A DNA stretch of 51,869 bases. Origin: Thermoguttaceae bacterium. Lineage in GTDB: Bacteria; Planctomycetota; Planctomycetia; Pirellulales; Thermoguttaceae. A program made the position numbers and the translations under genes. The DNA is taken from the NCBI GenBank assembly GCA_031556455.1, contig JAVBSX010000084.1:1-51869 (forward strand), written 5' to 3'. The notes beneath the pieces are model-generated. The model saw nothing but the letters and a program-made list of their open reading frames with translations. It had not been told where the DNA came from and did no database searches. Within the stretch, counting starts at the first letter, position 1, and every line of letters starts with the position of its first letter. Positions 46,201 through 51,869 of the stretch are shown here, in pieces.

Positions 46201-48429
46201 CTAACGCTCCGACCAAGCGGGGAACATCGAAGTGTTGTCGGCGACCTCGAACATCGCCCTAAGCGGGTTGCATGCTTTCGAACCGGCTCCGCCGTGCGGG
46301 TAGAAGACAAGCGAAAACGAGACGCCCCAGTCTTCCCGCCGGTCTGAAACGGTCGGGCTGTCGTCCTTATCACCCCGGGCGATCATATAGGCGAAATCGG
46401 TCCGCAGCGAAAACTTCTCATGCAACGGCTGCTCCCATAAGGCACCCAGGATCGCCTCGCCCGTGCCGCTGACTCCGGCATTGAAGCCGGCGTAAGAACC
46501 GCAGAAGAACGGCGTTTCCAGGAACACGAGGTATTGATCGACCGCTCGAATTTTATAGAGTTCGTTTTCAAACGGGTCGGAATCGTTCGTGCCGAACGCC
46601 CCACGAAAACCAAATGTGCAACCGTAATTCGTCCGGTACGAAACTTCCGTCCGGATTTGGCCGAATTGGATTTTCTTGTCAAACTCGCTACCATCATATT
46701 TACTGTCGCTCATCCAATCGTAAACCGCGCCGAATTGCAGGGGATTGCAACGCGAACGTTTGAACAGACCGATCGTGATATACGATTGCCCTTTGCCGGT
46801 ACTGCTCCAATCCGGATCGGAAAATGCGGGATTGTAGCCGTCGATCGTCCGCTGGATCGCCCGAATCCCGAATTGAGCCGAGATGCCGAGTCGCGGGGAA
46901 ATCCGGCCCGCCCAGTTGATTCCTTCCTGAATGCCGAAACTCCGCTCATCGATCGGATCGTAACGATTGCCGAAACCGGTCCCGCCGAGAAACAGCGTCA
47001 TATTGTCGAACAACCAGCCGAAAGGCCGTTCCGGGTAAGAGTCGAAACGCGGATACCCGAGAAAATCGGTACCGCCGAGTGGCCCGAGCTGCAGGAACGG
47101 GGCTTGGGGGTCTTCAATGAAGAGATTTCCAAAATTGCAGAAATTGCCGAATTCCGAACCGCAGTCGTAACCGTCGGCGAAGTTGATCGGCGGACCGATC
47201 GTGCAACTCGAATCGCACAAGCCGGTTGTCCGTTTCGGTCGGTAAGCGGCTTGCGGGGCAACCAAGATTCCCATTTCGTCGTAATCTTCGCTCTCGTCAA
47301 TCGTGTCCGGCCCTTCGGGATAGATATAATCCGGTTCTTCGAGATACTCAACATCGCCTTCTTCGCTCGAAAGCGTTTCGTCGTCTTTCGTTTCAACCGG
47401 CAAGGGCCGGGAGGGAATGTAACTCGGCGGAGACGCAAGCTGTCGCGAGGGCTTTGGGGAAGTCGTCGGGGGAACCGCCGTTTTCGATTCTCTTTCAACC
47501 GGCGGCTGGAGAGGGAGGGACTGCTGCGTGCCCGGTTGCCGAACGGACGGTTCCTGCTCCGAACTCGCTTGCCAATCCGGTTCCGTTTCGACGACCGGGG
47601 GCGGAGCGGGTTGACGTTGTTGCCGCGGTTGGGTTTGCTGCGATTGTTGCGACGGCTTCGACTGTTCCGATTCGTCGGTTTTTCTCGGACCTAAATCTTG
47701 CAGGTCAGGGTCGTTTCGAATCGCTTCCTCAAGTTCGGAATAATCTCCCTTCCCGGGGTCAAGTCGATCCAAATCCGGCTCATCTTCAAGAATGAACCGC
47801 GAATCGTCGCGGGACGGCGGCACGGACGTCGGGGCGGACGACCTCGGCCGTTGCGATGTCGCCGGAACGGACACCCCCGCCTTGGGAGTGCTCCGGGGAA
47901 GTGTTGTTTGCGATAGGACTCCTTGCGACGGGGCGCCTTGTGTTGATGCGTCTTGCGCCGGAGCGACTTGTGTTGAAACACCGGTCCCTTCGCCGGTCGC
48001 CGGTTGAGCAATACCGGTCGCGAACGGGTCTTCGATCAACTCGCTCATGCCCGGGTCCCCGAGCGGCTGCAATTCGTCGATCGGTTGGGAACCCGAAGTC
48101 GTGTCGGGGCCGTAAGGGTCGTCTTCGAGAGGAATCTTGCCAATAGGCGCAAACTCATCTTGAAGTGTGAGCGTTGTTTGAGGACGCTGGGTTTCGGCCT
48201 GAGCCAACAGAATCGAGCGGCCTTTCGGTTCGGAACGGAGAGTGTAAGGGGCTTTTCGAAAGACGGCTTTTTTGGGTAACTCTTGCGGAGCTCCGACCTG
48301 ATCATAGGGGATTGCATTGATCGGAGTCCGGTTTTGCGCAAAGACAGAGGGAACGCCAAGCGAAAAGGCTCCTGCAAATCCGAGAATCATTAAAAAAAAC
48401 AGCAGAGGCTTTTTGACCAATCTTTTCAT
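46201..48429 (-). CDS. Secreted protein: disordered Pro/Gln/Ser/Glu-rich N-terminal half and Gly/aromatic-rich C-terminal half (possible outer-membrane beta-barrel)
   Basis: Start set at ATG 48429: MKRLVKKPLLFFLMILGFAGAFSLGVPSVFAQ signal peptide. The C-terminal ~330 aa has alternating hydrophobic/aromatic pattern (ISAQFGIRAI, VSYRTNYGCTFGFRGAFG, WGVSFSLVFY). Confidence 0.6.
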   Translation of the reverse strand: MKRLVKKPLLFFLMILGFAGAFSLGVPSVFAQNRTPINAIPYDQVGAPQELPKKAVFRKAPYTLRSEPKGRSILLAQAETQRPQTTLTLQDEFAPIGKIPLEDDPYGPDTTSGSQPIDELQPLGDPGMSELIEDPFATGIAQPATGEGTGVSTQVAPAQDASTQGAPSQGVLSQTTLPRSTPKAGVSVPATSQRPRSSAPTSVPPSRDDSRFILEDEPDLDRLDPGKGDYSELEEAIRNDPDLQDLGPRKTDESEQSKPSQQSQQTQPRQQRQPAPPPVVETEPDWQASSEQEPSVRQPGTQQSLPLQPPVERESKTAVPPTTSPKPSRQLASPPSYIPSRPLPVETKDDETLSSEEGDVEYLEEPDYIYPEGPDTIDESEDYDEMGILVAPQAAYRPKRTTGLCDSSCTIGPPINFADGYDCGSEFGNFCNFGNLFIEDPQAPFLQLGPLGGTDFLGYPRFDSYPERPFGWLFDNMTLFLGGTGFGNRYDPIDERSFGIQEGINWAGRISPRLGISAQFGIRAIQRTIDGYNPAFSDPDWSSTGKGQSYITIGLFKRSRCNPLQFGAVYDWMSDSKYDGSEFDKKIQFGQIRTEVSYRTNYGCTFGFRGAFGTNDSDPFENELYKIRAVDQYLVFLETPFFCGSYAGFNAGVSGTGEAILGALWEQPLHEKFSLRTDFAYMIARGDKDDSPTVSDRREDWGVSFSLVFYPHGGAGSKACNPLRAMFEVADNTSMFPAWSER

Positions 48430-48715
48430 TTTTCCTGCCTTCGCGATTCCGACTTGGGCAAAATCGAGTTGCAATTTCCGATTGTTAACGACGTTGCGAT
48501 TGATTCCTGAAAAATCACCAAATTGATTGCAAATCAAGAAATCGGACTATCTTTCAACTTGTTTTATCGGATCATTAAAGTCGATTCTTTCGGAAAAATT
48601 TAAAAAAAAGGAAAAGTTGGCGTATTTATCCTATATTGTCATTTTTAATTTTTGTATTTGCTATATCGTTATAAATTTTCTGATCTTTTCATATTTTGAG
48701 GGGCAATCATCATGA

Positions 48716-49072
48716 GACAGGATTACAGGATCAACAGGATGAAATCGACAAATAAAAACCGTGATTGGCGTTAAACCGGAGAATATAAAAGATTTGTAAC
48801 CGTTCACGGTTTTCCTATTGGAGCGCGGGCGTCCCGCCCGCTCCTGGGTCGGCAGGCGTCTCGCCTGCAAGAAGCCGTCGATATTTGGAATCAATTTTCC
48901 TTCTCGCGTGATATCATCGCGAAGCGGACTCCGGGGAGGCAAAGGATTTTTCGGCCTCCCACTGTGCGGGCGGGACGCCCGCGCTCCAGGTTTTTGCGTG
49001 AACGGTTACAACCGGAGAATATAAAAGATTTGAGTTAAGACAAACCCATCCTGTCAATCCTGTGATCCTGTC
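48716..49072. mobile_element. Composite nested palindrome: outer ACAGGAT-repeat arms; inner ~214-bp element (48796-49009) with 13-bp TIRs GTAACCGTTCACG and flanking 22-23-bp direct repeats
   Basis: Outer arms gacaggattacaggatcaacaggatg (48716-48741) / catcctgtcaatcctgtgatcctgtc (49047-49072). Direct repeats aaccggagaatataaaagatttg at 48774-48796 and 49010-49032. TIRs gtaaccgttcacg / cgtgaacggttac. Sub-terminal ggagcgcgggcgtcccgcccgc / gcgggcgggacgcccgcgctcc. Confidence 0.75.
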
Positions 49073-49187
49073 AAAAAAACCGCCCCCTCAAAACGCGAAA
49101 CAATCAGAAAAATTGATGTCTGGAGTGATCTTTAGGATCGCCGAAAAATGTTTCCTTATTTGAAAATGAATACCCATGCCAACCGTT

Positions 49188-49475
49188 TTAACGGCGATAA
49201 TATCGGTAATAAGGGAAACGGTATTCGTACGGCGGCCCAACCCTGAACAGCGGACGCGCGAAATAGGGGCGAGGCGCATAAGGTCGTACGACAGGAGAAA
49301 CCACGACGCGAACGTAAGGCGGAACCACGACACGAACATAGGGACGAACGTAAGGCGGATAAACCGCGCGAGGAACATAGCGTCCCCGGACCCACACTTG
49401 TGCCGAGACGGAAGAGGTGCCGACAAACAAAGTCAGTATTATAAGGACCGCGAAAAGAATACGCGAGATTTTCAT
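49188..49475 (-). CDS. Small secreted, highly cationic Arg/Pro/Tyr/Val-repeat peptide (95-aa precursor)
   Basis: ATG 49475 preceded by gggaga 7 nt upstream. Signal peptide MKISRILFAVLIILTLFVGTSSVSA. In the last 69 residues R=14, P=14, Y=13, V=16, with one acidic residue. Repeats PPYVRPYVRVVV / PPYVRVVVSPVV. Confidence 0.55.
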   Translation of the reverse strand: MKISRILFAVLIILTLFVGTSSVSAQVWVRGRYVPRAVYPPYVRPYVRVVVPPYVRVVVSPVVRPYAPRPYFARPLFRVGPPYEYRFPYYRYYRR

Positions 49476-49641
49476 GGTTTGTTCTCCCTGTTGTGATTTT
49501 GGAAACGATTTTCAATCAAAAATCAATCGACTATGCGAGAAATTATAGACAAAGCGTTGTCGGTCGACCGGCAAAAAATCAAGGGACAAAGAGAATTGAA
49601 TCCCGAACAGGACGAGCGGAGCGGCCCCGCGTCTGCAACGC

Positions 49642-50673
49642 TCAATCGAGCGGGACGGCTTCTTGAAATCCCGGAGGGCTCGGGACCAGACGACGGGAAA
49701 TGTTTTCCAACAAACGGCTCAAGCCGATCGAATCTTTGCCGCTGACGGCCAACGGGTTGTCAAATGCTTGCAGCCTCTCTTGAACTTCGGGCAAATCGCA
49801 TTTGCTGAAAACGGTCAAGGTTCGTTCGGAAGAATGCGGCAACACCGTTTCCCCCGTCGCGGAAGAGAGGTCGATGATCCGCAGCACCAGGTCCGCGAAG
49901 CGGACCGCCTCGACGCCGCGGTCGATCCCTTCCCGTTCGATCGGGTGGTCCGTCTCGCGAACCCCGGCCGTGTCGAGAAATCGGACCGGCCAACCGTCGA
50001 GCGCGGTTTCGGCGGCGACGACGTCCCGCGTCGTTCCGGGCGAGGCATCGACGATCGTTCGGCCGAAACCGAGGATCGCGTTGAGCAGCGAACTTTTTCC
50101 CGCATTGCTCGCCCCGGAAAGCACGACGCTGAACGGTTCGGTCAAATGTCGGCCGAGCCGCCGGTTTTCTTCGAGCCGTGCCCAACGTTTTTTCGCTTCC
50201 GGCTCGGGCAGGGAACGGATCGCCTGCAACTCCCGCTCCAAGGCACCGTTGCATTGATCGAGCAAAATTTTCGCGGTCCGCTCGGTTTTCGCGAACGGCA
50301 GCATCGCGAATGCCTTCTGCTTCGAACGACAGGTTTCTTCAACGCCGTCGCGTAAGAGCCAATCTTTCCAGGCAAGGGCGACCGCGCCCTCTTCGGCGAA
50401 AATCGCCTCGATTCGGGACAGAACGGCTTCCGAACCGTGCGTGTGCAATTCGATCCGGTTCGAATCGAGAAGATGGGCGACAATTTCTTCCGCGAGCGAG
50501 GTGTCTCCGATTCGAAAACGTCCGAACACCGGTTTGTCCGGAACCAGTGCCCCTCCGGAAAACCGCGATCGGACCAACGCAAGAGCGTCGTCCCCGGCCA
50601 GAAGCAGCGTCGCGACGGCGCTGCGGCCCGGCGGGGTCAATCGAACGACAACGGTTGAATGAGAATGCGACAT
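49642..50673 (-). CDS. MnmE/TrmE-like GTPase lacking the C-terminal helical segment and C(I/L/V)GK motif
   Basis: Start set at ATG 50673 (MSHSHSTVVVRLTPPGRSAVA); the longer ORF-track start is a TTG inside a REP loop. IELHTHGS; G domain GASNAGKSSLLNAILG, ASPGTTRD, LDTAGVRE, SKCD. The protein ends ~40 aa after the G domain. Confidence 0.65.
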   Translation of the reverse strand: MSHSHSTVVVRLTPPGRSAVATLLLAGDDALALVRSRFSGGALVPDKPVFGRFRIGDTSLAEEIVAHLLDSNRIELHTHGSEAVLSRIEAIFAEEGAVALAWKDWLLRDGVEETCRSKQKAFAMLPFAKTERTAKILLDQCNGALERELQAIRSLPEPEAKKRWARLEENRRLGRHLTEPFSVVLSGASNAGKSSLLNAILGFGRTIVDASPGTTRDVVAAETALDGWPVRFLDTAGVRETDHPIEREGIDRGVEAVRFADLVLRIIDLSSATGETVLPHSSERTLTVFSKCDLPEVQERLQAFDNPLAVSGKDSIGLSRLLENISRRLVPSPPGFQEAVPLD

Positions 50674-50689
50674 GAGAGACGACTTATCT

Positions 50690-50793
50690 TCAGAAAAAAT
50701 TTCGAATCGGGCAGCAGCCGGAAGCGTCAGCGCCTGGTTGCCCAATACGAAAACGCGAGGCCAACCCGGCGCTTACGCTTCGGGCTGCTGTTT
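50690..50793. repeat. REP family F1 copy 5
   Basis: tcagaaaaaatttcgaatcgg + gcagcagccggaagcgtcagcgcctggtt / gcccaatacgaaaacgcgaggcc / aacccggcgcttacgcttcgggctgctgttt. Confidence 0.85.
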
Positions 50794-50845
50794 GCAGCGT
50801 TTGATTATTTACGTGAGGATCAGAGAACGCGAAACTTCGGCTAAA

Positions 50846-51869
50846 TCAGTCGATGATCATTTCTTCGAATTCTTTCGGCACGTTCGAGGAAAGATTTTCG
50901 TAGCCGGTCTTCGTTACAAGGATGTCGTCTTCGATCCGGACACCGCCCCAACCGGGCAGGTAAATGCCGGGCTCGACGGTCAACACCATTCCCGGCTGCA
51001 ACACCGCTTTGTTGCCTTGGGAAAGGCGGATGTCTTCGTGTACCAACAGTCCGATGCCGTGTCCGAGTCCGTGGGAGAACGCCTTGCCGAATCCTGCGTC
51101 TTCGATGATCGAGCGGGCGATGCGGTCGATGTTTCCGGAAATTTCCCCCGGCCGGATCGCTTCGATCGCCTTCTTCTGGGCCTTGAGAACGGTCGTGTAA
51201 ACCTTGCGAAGTTTTGGGGACGGCTTTTTCGTAATCCAGGTTCTCGTCAAATCGGAAATGTACCCCTCGCACTTCGCCCCCCAATCGATCAACAGCAATT
51301 CCGATTCGCGGACCGTTTTCGCGGTCGGCACGGCATGAGGGAGCGCCGCCCGTTCGCCGACGGCGAGAATCGAGGGAAAACTCTTGTCGTCTGCGCCGAA
51401 CTTCCGCATCGCGTATTCCAGTTCGTTACGAAGCTCGATTTCCGTCTGATCTTCCTGTAAGGAACAGCGGAGTAAATCAAGCCCTCGATGCGCACAGCGA
51501 ATCGCGGTCCTGATTTTCTCGATTTCCCGCTTGTCTTTGATCATGCGGAGGCCTTCGACCAGGCCGCAGGTCGGAGCGACGTCCCATTTCGGCAGTTTCT
51601 CGGCGAGTTTGTCCCGCTGGGCGACCGTGATCGAATCCGCTTCGACGCCGATCCGAAGCGAGGCCCCGCGAAATCCGGCGAAAGTCTTCGCGACGGCATC
51701 GAACAGCGAAAGGCTGCCCGGCCGGATCAAAGATTCCAAACCGGGGCATTCTTCCTCGATCTGGGTCCGGTATCTCCCGTCGCTGATGATCAGATCCCCC
51801 CGCGGATGCACGAGCAGGAAACTGTCGTCCCCGGAAAATCCGCTCAGGTAGGTTACATTGGTAAAGTTC
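50846..51869 (-). CDS. pepP: Xaa-Pro aminopeptidase / M24B peptidase (PepP-like), 5'-partial at window edge
   Basis: The frame stays open to base 51869 (NFTNVTYLSGFSGDDSFLLVHPRGDLIISDGRY = creatinase-N-like start). Metal-binding blocks: IDWGAKCEGYISDLTRT, HGLGHGIG, VEPGIY, RIEDDILV. Stop TGA 50846-50848. Confidence 0.85.
   Translation of the reverse strand, partial: NFTNVTYLSGFSGDDSFLLVHPRGDLIISDGRYRTQIEEECPGLESLIRPGSLSLFDAVAKTFAGFRGASLRIGVEADSITVAQRDKLAEKLPKWDVAPTCGLVEGLRMIKDKREIEKIRTAIRCAHRGLDLLRCSLQEDQTEIELRNELEYAMRKFGADDKSFPSILAVGERAALPHAVPTAKTVRESELLLIDWGAKCEGYISDLTRTWITKKPSPKLRKVYTTVLKAQKKAIEAIRPGEISGNIDRIARSIIEDAGFGKAFSHGLGHGIGLLVHEDIRLSQGNKAVLQPGMVLTVEPGIYLPGWGGVRIEDDILVTKTGYENLSSNVPKEFEEMIID

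Noticed and set aside
48661-49024. ORFs 48661-48942 (minus, 93 aa) and 48818-49024 (plus, 68 aa), and ORF 49533-49745 (plus, 70 aa).
   Set aside because: The first two are encoded by the arms of the composite palindrome. The third overlaps the 3' end of the MnmE-like gene and has no RBS or coding bias.
25424-49187. tRNA, tmRNA, RNase P, 6S or other classical ncRNA genes in the larger intergenic gaps (25424-25867, 27152-27600, 29832-30392, 34284-34678, 48430-49187).
   Set aside because: No cloverleaf-like arrangement or conserved ncRNA boxes were seen. Much of the sequence in the gaps is accounted for by the repeat families. A covariance-model scan would be needed to exclude novel structured RNAs.
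19443-50793. Possibility that the recurring 28-31-nt F1 arms represent a CRISPR array.
   Set aside because: The copies are dispersed over 31 kb as inverted pairs with conserved loops rather than as regularly spaced direct repeats with unique spacers, and no cas genes are present.

Overview
This is a 51,869-bp window from a G+C-rich bacterial chromosome. Gene content and architecture most resemble a Planctomycetota-type genome, which is inference only: a giant multidomain surface protein with GEVED, Calx-beta and SdrD-B-like modules, Pro-rich secreted proteins, weak Shine-Dalgarno usage and dense palindromic repeats. Bases 1-19434 are the 3' part of one uninterrupted ORF of more than 6,452 codons that is still open at the window edge. 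The remainder encodes mostly housekeeping and envelope genes. On the plus strand these are a thiC-like radical-SAM enzyme, rsmG, an OprB-like porin (divergent from a secreted GH106-like glycosidase), apbE, ychF, an unusually long tex (1,296 aa) and a HEAT-repeat protein. On the minus strand there is a lipoprotein with a thioredoxin-like fold and propeller-like repeats. A minus-strand block then holds a double zinc-ribbon membrane protein, an HAE1-type RND pump with no adjacent MFP, and an ATGA-coupled double receiver-like protein. Further minus-strand genes are a secreted Pro/Gln-rich protein with a beta-barrel-like C-terminal half, a 95-aa secreted Arg/Pro/Tyr/Val-repeat peptide, a C-terminally short MnmE-like GTPase, and a 5'-truncated M24 Xaa-Pro peptidase. 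I recognised no rRNA, tRNA, CRISPR array, transposase, integrase or phage gene. The strongest non-genic signal is that most of the larger intergenic gaps carry members of at least six families of dispersed palindromic or MITE-like repeats. One copy is embedded in-frame inside tex, within a roughly 310-aa low-complexity insertion. Other copies supply the stop codons of thiC and rsmG. One MITE-like copy shows an 8-bp target-site duplication. All functional calls rest on motif recognition by eye; no database search was run.
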